The notes beneath the pieces are model-generated. The model ran no database searches. It worked only from the letters and a program-made list of their open reading frames with translations, and had not been told where the DNA came from. Below, piece after piece: positions 40,039 through 53,960 of a DNA stretch of 64,000 bases. The DNA lies in contig OX597814.1 in the NCBI GenBank assembly GCA_951406725.2, positions 186,124,001 through 186,188,000 of the forward strand. The letters are read 5' to 3'. A program made the position numbers and the translations under genes. The stretch's first letter is position 1, and every line of letters starts with the position of its first letter. The DNA is from Octopus vulgaris (Eukaryota).

Positions 40039-40636
40039 TCATCATCATCATCATCATCATTGTTTAACGTCTGCTTTCCATGCTAGCATGGGTTGGACGA
40101 TTTGACTGAGGACTGGCAAACCAGATGGCTGCACCAGGCTCCAATTTTGATCTGGCAGAGTTTCTACAGCTGGATGCCCTTCCTAACACCAACCACTCCA
40201 AGAGTGTAGTGGGTGCTTTTACATGCTGCCAGCACAAGGGCCAATCAGGCGGTACTGGCAACAGCCATGCTCAAATGGTGTTTTTTACATGCCACCTGCA
40301 CAGAAGCTAGTCCAGCGGCACTGGCAACGACCTCGGTTGAATGCTTTTTCACATGCCACCGGAACAAGTGCCAGTAAGGTGACGCTGGTAACGATCACTC
40401 TCAAATGGTGCTTTTTATGTGCCACTGGCACGGGAGCCAGTTAGCTGCTCTGGCAACAATCACACTCAGATGGTGCTCTTAGCGCTCCACTAGCATGGAT
40501 GCCAGTCATTGAATTTTGATTTCGATTTCACTTGCCTCAACAGGTCTTCACAAGCAGAGTTTAGTGTCCAATGAAGGAAAGGTACACGTAAGTGGGCTAG
40601 TTACACACCTGGCATAGGCCACGAGGTTATGGTCTC
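40039..40636 (-). mobile_element. Family A RTE 3' UTR (4-module variant)
   Basis: (ATC)n, core, modules and GAAGACC/CAAGTGA unit. Confidence 0.88.
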
Positions 40637-41196
40637 AGCAATATTTGTCCCAGTTCTTTACATTCTGTATTCAAATCCTCCTGAGGCTAAATTTGCTTTT
40701 CAATTCCTCCAAGCTCAGAAAAATTAAGTTCCAGACAAATGTGGAGTCAATTAACTCCCTCATATCTGAATTACAAACCTTGGCAAAATTATGTCATTTA
40801 TTTCTTTATGTGCTCGAACCGATCAAGCTGAGACACTGCCAGCAGGGAAAATAACTCCGGTCTCCTGCATGACAGGTGGGCATACTCACCACTATGTTGC
40901 CAAGGACCAATAAAATATTTGAAGATAAAGTTATAATCTAGAGATGTTTTCAGTTATTGCTTTATTGTATACAACCAGAAATCTTCAAATTCTACAGGTT
41001 TCAAGGCACCAACTTGAAGTAATAATAAAATGTTTGAAAGCAATTATCATCATATATTGAGAAATATCAAATATTAACTTTTTCTTGAACACGTCTATAT
41101 CTGGAGATGCCGATTTAATTATTATCTACATCACCAGATTATGCTGAGGCTATTTACACATGTCTGCCAAATGAAAGAAGTACATATATATATATA

Positions 41197-41548
41197 CTCT
41201 TTTACTCTTTTACTTGTTTCAGTCATTTGACTGTGGCCATGCTGGAGCACCACCTTTAGTTGAAGAAATCGACCCCAGGACTTATTCTTTGTATGCCTAG
41301 TACTTATTCCATCGGTCCCTTTTGCCAGACTGCTAAGTTACGGGGACGTAAACACAGATACACAAACGCACACACATATATATATGACAGACTTCTTTCA
41401 GTTTCCATCTACAAAATCCACTCACAAGGCTTTGGTCAGCTCGAGGCTGTAGTAGAAGACACTTGCCCAAGGTGCCATGCAGTGGGACTTCACCCAGAAC
41501 CATGTGGTTGGTAAGCAAGCTACTTACCACACAGCCACTCCTGCACCT
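41197..41548 (-). mobile_element. Family B SINE with internal deletion
   Basis: GTAAACAC is joined directly to AGATACAC. Confidence 0.88.
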
Positions 41549-41815
41549 ATATATATATATATATAATCAAAACCTCAGCATTTACTTACAGATGTTTATA
41601 CTAAATTATATTGACATGAGTGCAGCAAAAGCTCATAAAACTAAGAATGAAGAAAATGAGTAAAAGTCAATATCAAATTGAAATTGCTGCCCTGGTCTTG
41701 TATAGATTATAAACCATTTAGCATTTACACTTGCCATGTCCAACCCAAATATTCTACCTGCTTTATGTTCAAATTAACCAGATCCAGACTCTCACACCTA
41801 CCCTACAATAACAAT

Positions 41816-42301
41816 ATCATCATCATCATCATTGAATGTCCGCTTTCCATGCTCGCATGGGTTGGACGATTTGACTGAGGACTGGTGAACCAGATGGCTG
41901 CACCAGGCTCCAATCTGATCTGGCAGACTTTCTACAGCTGGATGCTCTTCCTAACACCAACCACTCCAAGAGTGTAGTAGGTGCTTTTACATGCCACCTG
42001 CACGAGGGCCAGTCAGGTAGTACTGGCAACAGCCATGCTCAAATGGTACTTTTTATGTGCCACCTGCACTGGAGCCAGTCTAGAGGCACTGGCAACGACC
42101 TCACTCAAATGTTTTTTCATGTGCCACCAGCACAAGTGCCAGTAAGGAAATGCAGGTAACAATCACACTCGAATGGTACTTTTTACATGCCACCGACACG
42201 GAGGCTATTTTGTTGCTCTGGCAACGATCACGCTCATATGGTACTCATAGCGCTCCACTAGCACAGATGCCAGTCATCGAATTTGATTTCGATTTCGATT
42301 T
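41816..42301 (-). mobile_element. Family A RTE 3' end nested in a family G MITE (41710-42422)
   Basis: MITE halves flank the insertion. Confidence 0.85.
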
Positions 42302-42834
42302 CTTAAAATAAACAATGACATCATTGAAATCTTCTAGCTACAAAATAATGTATGGTTAATTCAAAATAATGCAAATAAATAAGCATTATATTTGATAGAG
42401 TAATCTGAATGCTAAGGCGTTCAGGATGACAAATTTCAGATAAGCAAAGTTCTGTAAGTGTCTCTTGGTTTACAATATGTGAAAGATGCCAGAAGTTGGA
42501 GGAGATTGAGCCATAGATATAATTAATCCACTTGAAACACTGATGAAGAATAATTTAAAGTACCTCATAATCACTTCTTAAGGAAACTATAGTTTCTCTT
42601 CATTTATATGCACCTGGTTCTATTGTAAAAATCTGCTTTGAAGAGATGTTGGTATTTAGAATTATGTTCGTTTTATAAATATCTTTACAATGTGATGTGT
42701 GGTAGTTAATTATCAACATACATGAACATAAAGTTTTCTTGAATCTTAATCTCAACTTTTGTGTTTCAATTTGTATGTTCATATAATCAGCATGATCTGT
42801 GACTATAAGCAGTGTTTTATTCCTCAATATATTT

Positions 42835-43250
42835 AGGCGCAGGAGTGGCTGTGTGGTAAGTAGCTGGCTTACCAACCACATGCTTCCGGGTTCAGTCCCA
42901 CTGCATGGCATCTTGGGCAAGTGTCTTCTACTATAGCCTCGGGCCGACCAAAGCCTTGTCAGTGGATTTGGTAGACAGAAACTGAAAGAAGCCCGTCGTA
43001 CATATGTATATATATATGTATGTGTGTGTATATGTTTGTGTGTCTGTGTTTGTCCCTCCAACATCGCTTGACAACCGATGCTGGTGTGTTCACGTCCCCG
43101 TAACTAGTGGTTCGGCAAAAGAGACTGATAGAATAAGTCCTAGGCTTACAAAGAATAAGTCCTGGGGTTGATTTGCTCGACTAAAGGCAGTGCTCCAGCA
43201 TGGCCGCAGTCAAATGACTGAAACAAGTAAAAAAGAAAAAAAGAGAAAAA
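42835..43250 (+). mobile_element. Family B SINE, full length
   Basis: AGGCGCAGGAGTGGCTG start; A-rich tail. Confidence 0.92.
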
Positions 43251-43689
43251 GATATTCATTGTCAGAGAATGGATTTGAAAATGGAGATTTAATTTGTAAA
43301 TGAAGGGAATTAATGTCAATACACTGGTAGAATATTGTGGAACATTAATACTTCTTGCTTATGAATAAATATTCTCTTTTCAAATACAGTCTCACACTGG
43401 TTCTGAAGCAATCAAACATTTTGTGAACAAAAACACTAACAGATGCGGCTAAAAACAGTATGGAAAATTTTTATTGTCATAACTGAGCTCTGAAATTTAA
43501 ATTTCTATTCAAAGCAGTTATATTTAAATCTACTGCGTTACTTATTTAGTATTTTACACCATCCAGTCTACATCTGTGAGTGTAGTGGAAACTGATTTTC
43601 TGCAATACATGTTTGTTTAATTCTTTAGCATTTAGATTACTCTGTCAAATGTAATGTAAAGCTCCAACATCTGGTAACTGACTTAGTAA

Positions 43690-43867
43690 ACACCCACAAG
43701 ATTATCTACCATCTTCCAACAACAACCTTGGGCACCTTTTTGAATTCCATATGTTTAACACTCATGCACATGCTTACAAAATCAAATGCTGAAGTATGGA
43801 ATAAACTGCCTGCATCAGTTATTAGCTGTCAACACACTACATCCGTCAAAAATTTCATGCTTCCTGA
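43690..43867 (+). mobile_element. CR1/L2-type LINE ORF2 C-terminal remnant
   Basis: EVWNKLPASVISCQHTTSVKNF matches the WN.LP...K terminal motif. Interrupted by family A. Confidence 0.6.
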
Positions 43868-44224
43868 TCAAAAATCAATGGAAATTGCAGTTGTGATACC
43901 AGTGCCGGTGGCATGTAAAAGAACCATCCAAACGTGGCCGTTGCCAGTGCCACCTCGACTGACCTCTGTGCCAGTGGCACATAAAAAGCACCAACTGATC
44001 GTGGCTGTTGCCAGCCTCACCTGGCACCTGTGCCGGTGGCATGTAAAAAGCACCCTCTACACTCATGGAGTAGTTGGCGTTAGGAAGGGCATCCAGCTGT
44101 AGAAACACTACCAGATCAGACTGGGCCTGGTGCAGCCTCTTGGCTTCCCAGACCCCAGTTGAACCATCCAACCCATGCTAGCATGGAAAGTGGACGTTAA
44201 ACAATGATAATGATGATGATGATG
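43868..44224 (+). mobile_element. Family A RTE 3' end (3-module variant)
   Basis: Three GTGCCRGTGGCAYRTAAAA modules, core and (GAT)n. Confidence 0.88.
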
Positions 44225-45254
44225 AGTACACCTGAGGCCCCTTCACCCCCATCTCTTTTTTAAGACCTTTTCACTGTTCACTTCTTGTGCATATTCTATG
44301 AACTGTTTATATAGTTTTGGTCACTTTTTCTAATGAGTTGTAGTGCACCTGAATACTGTATACAATAAGTTCTTTATCATAATGTATTATTTTTATTACC
44401 CTGAATGCGTAAGCAAAAGAAGGGTATCGTAATTAATCATTTTTATCTGTTTGTTTGGGTTTTCACAAAACTACTGGAAAACAGCTGAACAAATTTTCAC
44501 CACATTTGGCAGAAATACTCATTTAGGTGAGTCATTCAAAATGATGAACATTTGGTTAGATTCCCCAATAAGCAAGTGGTCATATTATTCTGTTCTCTTT
44601 CTTTATCATATGAATCGACCCTCATCTGCGTGTGTATAGATCATGGTGTACCTATGCGCATAGACACATGTGATTGTGTGTGTATGCATGCATGTGTGAG
44701 TGTATAGTGATAGATTCGAGGGTTTCATTTATTTAAGAGTTGATTTCTTAATTTCACCAGAATATAAATATCTACAATGGTGATGCTTAAAAATAATTAA
44801 TTCAGTTCAATTAAAAAGCATGGGTAAGCAACACATTGTAAGCCATGCTATAATTTGCTATAATTATGCCTTTTTTTTTATTCACATTGTTTCAAATTAA
44901 TCATGCATTATCTCATAATTGCATATTTCTAGAATGACACTGTAGGATAAGTGTGAGAGGTTGGATCCAGTTGGTTTGAACAGGTACAATATTTGATCCA
45001 GAAATGGAGATAGAAAGCTAAAGGATTTCAATTATGATAGTTTTTAATGTAATGTGATTTTTAGGTCAGGCAGATTTAAATAAAGAATCTGCCTATGCTA
45101 TAGGTTCTTTGAGTCCCAAGCCATCATCAAGGGTCTGTTGCCCTATTTATTAGTCTGGGGCATGGCATTAAACTACATCCAATAGTGAAACCCTGATTCA
45201 AGAATTCTAGGGTTCTGAGGAGTTTCTTGCAATACATACCAATACATACATCTG

Positions 45255-45383
45255 AAGCAAACTTTTTTCAGGGACCCTTAAAATACTATTGTGGATCCCC
45301 CAATTTACTCATTTGGTGCATGGGCCCCCAAAAATCTTATATGGACCCTCAGGGGCCATATGGACCCCAAGTGAGAACCACTG
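45255..45383. mobile_element. hAT/Charlie-type MITE end fragment
   Basis: Ends GAGAACCACTG (reverse complement CAGTGGTTCTC) with GGACCCC subterminal repeats. The other TIR was not found. Confidence 0.45.
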
Positions 45384-46988
45384 AGATAGAAGATGGACTT
45401 GACTCAACTAGAATAAAAAAATAGATTTTACTCATTGAGAAGAATTTAAGAGTACATGTAGATATTGTGTTTTTATTCAGATAGGTGGGTGTATAGTTGT
45501 GGGGTACTGCTTTCCAAACCAGGATCTGTAAATTATTGTCTTTACAAGTAAATGCTTCTGCTTTTTCTTAGCATGACAACACCTTCAGATACTAGAATCT
45601 CAGAACTATTTAAAGAAAGAAACCAAACATTCAATTGTAAAATGAAAAGCAAATTATTTATGTTACACTACTTGGCACTAACATGAATTTGATATATTCT
45701 GTTTAGTTTGATTTATTTTCATTTATTTAGCCTTTCAATGGTCTATTATAAAAAAGAAAATCATTTGTGATTTACAGAATTTTTAATGTTATTTTATATA
45801 TTTTGTTGTCAGTAAATAAAAAAAAATCTATAATATACCTCTTTAAATGTAATTATACTCAAGATATCATCTTGCATTCCAGTTATTTCATATTCTGTAA
45901 ACTTAGAAAGATGGTAAACAGTCTTTCAAGGAAACTTAAATATTCTATATTTGTTCTAATTACATCAGTCTATTGAACTTAAAGATTGTTTACTTATTCA
46001 TTTCATATAATTCCCTTTTTTCCCCCTTCAATTTATTTTTTTATTATTTATTTGCCATTATTTTATAAAATTATGCCTGGCTATTGATTCTCTAGTGTAA
46101 TCTAAAATTTATTGATATTGTCAACCCATTAAGACTACACTATAGAAATTGTGACATTCTTTTATTTAAAAATTTCTTTCTTCTTTTCCCTTATACATTA
46201 AAGCTATAATTTCCAATTTGAAAGAATATAATTGAAAATTTTCCCTTCCCTACCAAAAGAAAAAAAAAAAAAATTCAATCTCATTAATAATGATAAATGT
46301 TAGCACAGGAAGGTCTATCTATATATAAAAAAATAAAGTACATATTTAAACAGAAAACTATCTGAATTTATTAACTCTGTTAATGGAACTAGTACTCTAC
46401 AGAGTGGTGAGTGCCATAGACAAGGGATTGAGAGATGAGCATCCTATCCTATGAGTGGCATCAGTAATACATGTTTAGCTCATTCTTAAACCATTTCAGT
46501 TTATTTATGGCTCTGTAGCCAACAGCCAAGGTGAAAATGGATTACACTAGGCTAACTTACCCTTTGGTTGTCACAAGAATTTTTATACACCATGTTCGAT
46601 AATAATGGTGACCTTATGTGTATTCAAAGACACATCCTCATTATCATTGTAACATCCACTTTTCAATGCTTGCAAGGGTCATATGGAGTTTATTGAGCCA
46701 GATACCCTTCCTGTTGCCAACCCTTACCTGCTTCCAAACAAGGTAACATATCTCCCTGATCAGACAGAAATGAATGATACTGCTTGTATGACATATGAAA
46801 CATTTTCTCCTTCTCACAACACTTTATCCATTAAAAAAATATTTTTTAAATTATTGTTGCTAATAAAGACCTTACAACTAGTATTCATGAATTCCAGTGT
46901 TTAAGTTCATATATGAACGTTAAGTATATATGAAGTGGACGTTAAACAATGATGATGATGATGATGATAAATCATGTATTGAATCCTT

Positions 46989-47207
46989 TTAACCATTTTA
47001 GCACTTAAACTAGTCATATCCAGCCCAAACATTCAGTCTTATGTTAAAACTAGCCAGATCTGACCTCTCGCACCTACCCTACAATGTATATCTAAAACTA
47101 AGCATCATGAAAATGACTTAACTACAAGATAATGCACGATCAATTCAATATAATGTGGATAAATAATTATTACATTTGATAGAGTAATCTGAATGCTCAT
47201 GGGTCAA
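46989..47207. mobile_element. Family G TTAA MITE (reverse orientation)
   Basis: Matches other G copies. Confidence 0.7.
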
Positions 47208-47399
47208 ATCGTAGTCATCTTGAATTTCTTTGAGAACTAGAAGTAATATATAAAAAGTCATTCACATTCCTTCTCTATTTTCTGGCCCACACCCACGTTC
47301 TATCCACACTCTGCCTTTTCTAACACTGCTGCAATGACCTCTGCTCATCAGAGCCGAATAACCTCATGTCTCTCCTTTTCTCACCTCTCCCCACGTCCA

Positions 47400-47560
47400 T
47401 ATTGTGTCTACACAACATGGCCCACCCTGGCCCCGAAACACCTACTTTTTCCAATGCTTCCCTAGAATGTTATCTCTCTGGAATTCTCACCTTGCAAGTT
47501 TTTTGGGGTTTTTTTTCTATAGTTGTCAACTCACAACACTTCAAACAATGTTAACAGCCT
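47400..47560 (+). mobile_element. Possible CR1-type ORF2 C-terminal remnant
   Basis: YFFQCFPRMLSLWNS..QHFKQ across a frameshift. Confidence 0.4.
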
Positions 47561-47619
47561 CATTCAATCTCACTAATCTCTGACTGCCCAAGAAGGCCAT
47601 AGACACTAACACTTTTTCT

Positions 47620-47835
47620 GCAATCATCATCATCAACATTATTTAATGTCAGTTTTCCATGCCGGCATGGGTTGGATGTTTTGATGGGCTGGCAAGGCCA
47701 GGGGCTGCACCAGGTTCCATTGTCTACTTTGGCTTGGTTTCTACAGCTGGATGCCTTTCTTAATGCCAACCACTTTACAGAGTGTACTGGGTGCTTTATA
47801 TGTGGCACCAGCACCTGTGCGTTTTACATGGTACC
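47620..47835 (-). mobile_element. Family A-related 3' end, diverged
   Basis: TTTTCCATGCCGGCATGGGTTGGATG..CTACAGCTGGATGCC. Confidence 0.75.
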
Positions 47836-49204
47836 ATCACCAGTATGTTTTAAAAGAAAGGGTTCCCATTTGAAGCCATCTAACACATACATCACCAATA
47901 TTCAAGCCATAATGTGGTCAGTGAATCTGCTAAAAATATCAGCTAAATCTCCTTCAAATACAACTTACTATCTTAAAAAATGGAAGGACACATTGGGTAA
48001 TGTTGTCTTAAATATCCCTAAAAAAATGAGTTAGCAATGATTGGAACACTTTTGATCATAGAACTGCTCAGTTAGAGCTGACCTGGGTTTAAATAATATC
48101 ACTGCCACAAATGTTCCTGAGAAAGGGATCACCATCACACAACTTCACACTGCCCCCTCAACAAATCTGAAATATGCATGCAATGGGTGCAGTAATGGTC
48201 AGGAATGACTATATGATTGCACCTAGAAAGTTCACTTCCAAGGTACAAGTCCAGGTAAGGTTGTTTATGAAAGACCAGCAGTTGACCATGCATACAAGCC
48301 TCCCCAAGCCATTGATGTTATCCAAGGGAAAAGTGAAGGACAATATAGCTTGGTACCAGTGACATCACAACTCATTTCTACAGATGAGTAAATTGGAGCA
48401 ACATGAAATAAAGTGTCTTGCTCAAAAAAATAACACACAGCCCTGTCCAGGAATTGAACTCTCAACCTCTTGCTCATAAGCTCAATGCCCTTACCACTGA
48501 GCCAAACATCACTCAATAAATTGCTGCAGGTTAAGGCAGTGGGCTGGCAGAATCGTTAGCACACTAGACAAAATGTTTAGTAGCATTTTGTCTGTCTTTA
48601 CATTCTGAATTCATCCATTCAGGGTCAATAAAATAAGAACCAGTCAAACACTGAGTATGACATGTAATCGACTTACCTATCTCCTTTAAAATTGCTGGCC
48701 TTGTGCCAAAATTTGAAACCAGTACATGGATCCTAGTTTAGTACCTGTGTATTGCACTTCCTTTAAGTGTCTTTGACATCACTTTTTGAGTGGAGTTTAG
48801 TAGAGAGGGGACTATCCTATATATATATATCACATAAAAGCACTCAGTCCACTGTGGTGTCAGGAAGGGCATCCAATTGAAAATACCACACCAAAACAGA
48901 CACAGAAGTCTGGTGCAGGCTTCTGCCTGGCCAGAAGGCAGACATTAAACAATGATGATGATGATGATGATGATGATGATCATGATGATCATGATGTGTG
49001 TGTTTATGCTTACAGTCATCGAAAAAAGCTAGTGATTTTTGTATTGCTTTATGTCCAGAAACGTAGCAGTTCAGCAAATAGAGATTGATAAACTAAGGAC
49101 TAGACTGAAATAACTACTGGGATTGAGATGACTGAAAGCAGTGCCCCAGTATGGCCACAGTGGAATAACTGAAACCAGTAAAAAAAAAAAAACAAATGTA
49201 GTTT

Positions 49205-49375
49205 GGCGCAGGAGTGGCTGTGTGGTATGTAGCTTGCTTACCAACCACATGGTTTCGGGTTCAGTCCCACTGCGTGGTATCTTGGGCAAGTGTCTTTTGC
49301 TATAGCCTCGGGCCGGCCAATGCCTTGTGAGTGGATTTGGTAGACGGAAACTGAAAGAAGCCTGTCGTATATATG

Positions 49376-49422
<47 letters not shown>

Positions 49423-49657
49423 GTATGTGTATGTATATGTTTGTGTCTCTGTGTTTGTCCCCCTAGTATTGCTTGACAACCGATGCTGGTGTGTTTACGT
49501 CCCCGTCACTTAGCGGTTTGGCAAAAGAGACCGATAGAATAAGTACTGGGCTTACAAAGAATAAGTTCCGGGGTCGATTTGCTCAACTAAAGGCTGTGCT
49601 CCAGCATGGCCACAGTCAAATGACTGAAACAAGTAAAAGAGTAAAAGAGTAAAGAGT
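49205..49657 (+). mobile_element. Family B SINE, full length
   Basis: GGCGCAGGAGTGGCTG start, long internal (TA)/(TATG), and (GTAAAAGA)n tail. Confidence 0.92.
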
Positions 49658-51034
49658 AGAATTAATTCCTCTTATGGCTCTTTCATATATTTAGTTGAGA
49701 TTAATTATACCACATCTACATTAAGTGTTCGTGTACAAATGTTAAAGATCATTTCTTTCTTTATTTCTGTCTGTCTTTTTTGTTTCTCTCTTTATTTTGT
49801 GTTTCATTAGACGCTTTGAAATTCCTTTCCTTTATAGCAGCATGAACAAGTTGAAAACATTTTCTAAGGCTTTTTAACTGCAACGTTTTACCAAGAAATC
49901 AACTTCTTTCAAACGATAGAGGTTACAAATTGTATATCAAAGTTAATTTCAACTGAATGTAACATATGAACAAAAATACTTAGAAATATTTTCAGAAACG
50001 TTCATTCATTAGAGAGGCTTAATTGTGAATTTCAAATACTAGTTTTCTTTTGAGCACATCTATTCAATCCTAAACTCAAAATGTTCAACAGTAATAGGCT
50101 GTTGTTGTAGTTGTCATTTTTGTTGTTGTTGGTGATGTTGTTGTTGCTGTCAGTGTTGTTGTTGTCAGATGGTTTGTTTGTCTGGGGAAGGGGGTGGATA
50201 TTTTTTATGTAATTTTTTTTTTTTTTTTTTTTTACATTTTTTACCTCTTACATATACTTGAAGCAAGGTATTTAACTTAACATGCAATATTCTGAATAGA
50301 TTTATTTACAGCAATATGTTAAAATACTTTAGTTAATTTTCAATTTAAAACCATTTACCAAATTTATTTCAGGAGCTGATCAATAAAATAGTCAATTACT
50401 TTACAGATGAGGTAAAATAAACTTCAGCATACGCTGCCCCCTCCTCCACTTTCTTATCATCACCACTATTATTATTATCATTATCATCATTCTATTCCCT
50501 TCTGTTTGTTTTGCTATGCTTTGCGGTAGCATTCCACCTCAGCCCACCCACCAGTATTAATTGACAGTATGTGTTTTGTTTTATTAGTCTAAGGCAGAGC
50601 AGCATAAATAGTCTTTTCAAGCCTCACTTGACTGAAAGATTGAGTAAATGTGTATGATTAATATGGTTTATGTTCAATTTGAACTCTTGTATAATATGTT
50701 GAATGCAGGCTAACGTGTTTAATGAAGCCAAAACAGAATTTTTAATTAATTGAAAATAAATATCAACATTGTCATCATTATGATCGTTTTAATATCCACT
50801 CTTCCATGCTTGTGTGGGTCGTTGTAAAGAAAAAAACATTTGTGTTAATGAGGTTTCTTGTCAGAAAGAGCAAGGGAGAGAACTCAAATTCAAATTAAAT
50901 GGCAGTTTAAAAGTAAGACTTAAGAAAGGAGATACATGTGTAATCAATGTTTTGCTGATAAATGTTCTCAATGAAAATGCCTAAATCTAATTACAATATT
51001 CAGTGTGAGTAGTTACTTGTATAAGCAGATTAAT

Positions 51035-51432
51035 GGCACTTGTGCATGTGCTAGTAGGGTGCCAGGAGCACCATCCGAGCGTGATCGTTGCCAGAGCAGC
51101 CAACTGGCTTCCGTACCCGTGGCACATAAAAGAGCACCATTCGAGCGTGATCGTTACCAACGTTGCTCCACTGGCACCTGTGCCGGTGGCACGTGTAAAA
51201 ATTCGAGCGAGGTCATTGCCAGTATCGCCTGACTGGACCCCGTGCCGGTGGCATGCAAAAAGCACCCACTACACTTTCGGAGTGGTTGGCGTTAGGAAGG
51301 GCATCCAGCTGTAGAAACTCTACCAGATCAAGATTGGAGCCTGGTGCAGCCATCTGGTTCACCAGTCCTCAGTCAAAATCGTCCAACCCATGCTAGCATG
51401 GAAAGCGGACTTTAAACGACGATGATGATGAT
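51035..51432 (+). mobile_element. Family A RTE 3' end (4-module variant, CpG-rich)
   Basis: Modules, core and (GAT)n. Confidence 0.9.
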
Positions 51433-52031
51433 GGATATTCATATAGCTCAACTTAAATTCCACTTATATAAAATTGTTCCATTAACCTTTTGCCTGTCCA
51501 AAACATTTCCATAAGTTTGTCCAAAATGTCCATACTTGTTTCCAAACTTTTAGTTAACCTGTGTTTCATACATTCTGAGTAATATAAAGCTTTCTTTTCA
51601 TATGTCTCAATTTTCACTATGGTGGTTGAAAGAAAAAAAAATTGGGAAAGTGTATCATATATAATGCATTAATGCCAAAGAAATATGTTCTGATCAACTT
51701 ATATGATTCACAGGACAGGAAAAAGGTCAACACATACAGGCTCTTAGTTTCTGTGCATCAAAAGTAAGAAACAAGTGGGGTGAAGATTTGGTAAAAGAAA
51801 ATATAATCTTCACAGCAAAATCACAAAGACTACAGGAATTCACTTATGTCATGTAGCATTTCATTTTAAGAAAACACACACATACACATTCTCTCTCTCT
51901 CTCTCTCTCTCGATATATATATTTATTTATTTATTTATATAAATAAGGATAAGATCGTTAATTTAAATATTGATCTTATCAAGTGGCCAGCATGGGAATA
52001 AAAACCTTCAAAGATAATTATTATTAAAATC

Positions 52032-52208
52032 ATAATTTAGGGTATCTAAGAGATACCTCCACTCTGGAAATAGCAGCCAAAACTTGACTAAAACCACATT
52101 AAATGTTCATACAGCACCTGGTTCTGTATGAACATTTAATGTTGTTTTAGAGTCAAGTTTTGACTGCTATTTCCAGTTTGGAATTATCTCTTAGATACCC
52201 TAAATTAT
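52032..52208. repeat. Near-perfect ~84-bp-arm palindrome abutting (TA)n
   Basis: Arms 52032-52114 and 52124-52208 with a 9-nt centre. Confidence 0.92.
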
Positions 52209-52214
52209 AATTTA

Positions 52215-52264
<50 letters not shown>

Positions 52265-52979
52265 GTGTGTGTGTGTGTGCGTGTATGTCTTTTTATTTCT
52301 ATCTCTCAGAAATTCAGCTTTAAAACATTGATCATTATTTTCATATGGTCTGGTACTTATAAAATGGTGTCTTCTTAAGACTAATATTTTAAATTTTCTA
52401 TCATCAAGTGTTATACGGCCCAGTGATTGCCTTTATTAAAAGACATTTACTCCAATCATTCAAGAGAAGAGTTTAGCTATACAAAGCATGTACTCATCAA
52501 ACAAACATATTGAGTTTAAGGCAGCTATAAAAAAATCAATAGGAACCAGTAAAATATATCAATTACTAAATGTTTGTGAACGTATTTCTCCACCTCAGAC
52601 TTCAAGCAGGTGAATAAGAACATTTGAAATGAAACATTTATACAATTTGGGGTCGGGTGGGGGATTTGTAATGTAAGTTTTCACAAAAAATGGCAAAAAG
52701 TCTATCCATTTTCAAGCTCTGTCTTGCACTGTTCAAAAATTGTTTTGACTTAGAAGTGCTAAATTGCCCCGAGGTTACAGAGAATTTGATTCTCTTGGAA
52801 TAAATGTAAATGGTTTGGTCATGCAAATCTTTTACTGCAAGTTATTGTCATTTAACTCCTGTACAGTCCAGATTAAATAGGCCTTTAATTACAGGTATTC
52901 CTAAAATGGCTATTCCATCATTTTAGGAGTATGTAGAATGTTTCTTTTTGTTTTCTTATATAAGATAGTAGAGTTACTA

Positions 52980-53216
52980 AGGCGGTTAGCTGGAAGAAAT
53001 GTTAGCACGCTGGGCGAAATGCTTAGAGGTATTTTGTCTGCCGCTACGTTCTGAGTTCAAATTCCGCCAAGATCGACTTTGCCTTTCATCCTTTTGGAGT
53101 TGATCGAACAAGTACCAGTTACGCACTGGGGTCAATATAATCGACTTAATCCGCTTGTCTATGCTTAATTCGCTTGTCACACACTCGGTGTGTAGCTCCT
53201 TGTGGGCAGTAAAGAA
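52980..53216 (+). mobile_element. Family C SINE with 15-bp TSD
   Basis: ATAAGATAGTAGAGT at 52960-52974 and 53217-53231. Confidence 0.9.
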
Positions 53217-53555
53217 ATAAGATAGTAGAGTGACATGAGGGAAATTTGGTTGCTATTTCTAGCATAGAGACTCTCCAAGTAAAATAATAAAGTTGATGCT
53301 TAGTGGTGTACTTTCTTCAGCTTTAAGTATTTTGGCTGCACTTTAACATTGTCTCATATGCTCATTATCATTATGTTGACTAATCAACCTATTCAAGCAT
53401 TAGTCATTAAACCATTCAGAAGCAATGTTACAATGGTGTTAGTCAAGTTTAGTACCCAAATTATGGAAATAAGCAAAATTAACATTAGATATATAGCTAT
53501 ACACAGTCCCTGCTCTGTTGTGTACTTAGAGTTTCATGTCTCAATATTCTTCATT

Positions 53556-53682
53556 GACATATAAGTTTAATGGTCCAAAAGCCTGGAGATTGCCTGGAGA
53601 TTGCCTGGACATATAAGTTTAATGGAGATTGCCTGGACATATAAGTTTAATGGTCCAAAAGCCTGGAGATTGCCTGGAGATT
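53556..53682. repeat. Complex local microduplication
   Basis: Shuffled copies of GACATATAAGTTTAATGG(TCCAAAA) and GCCTGGAGATT. Confidence 0.9.
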
Positions 53683-53960
53683 CCATCAGTTACACTTTTC
53701 GCTAATTTGAAACATAAAAGCTTTTGCTTCACTTAATTAAAGGTAGTCTGTAGATAAATTCTTAAGACAGGAAAAGTAAACTACTTAAAGAAAACATCAT
53801 AGACCCAAGAAACTCACCATTGAGGGTTCAGGCCACAGTCACTAAACTGAAGATCAAAAACTATGCCATGTCGATTTCACCACCATCAACGCTTATACAC
53901 TACTTTATACTTTTTTCCAGCACTTGTACTTAATAACAAGTTAATATTATATCTTGACAT

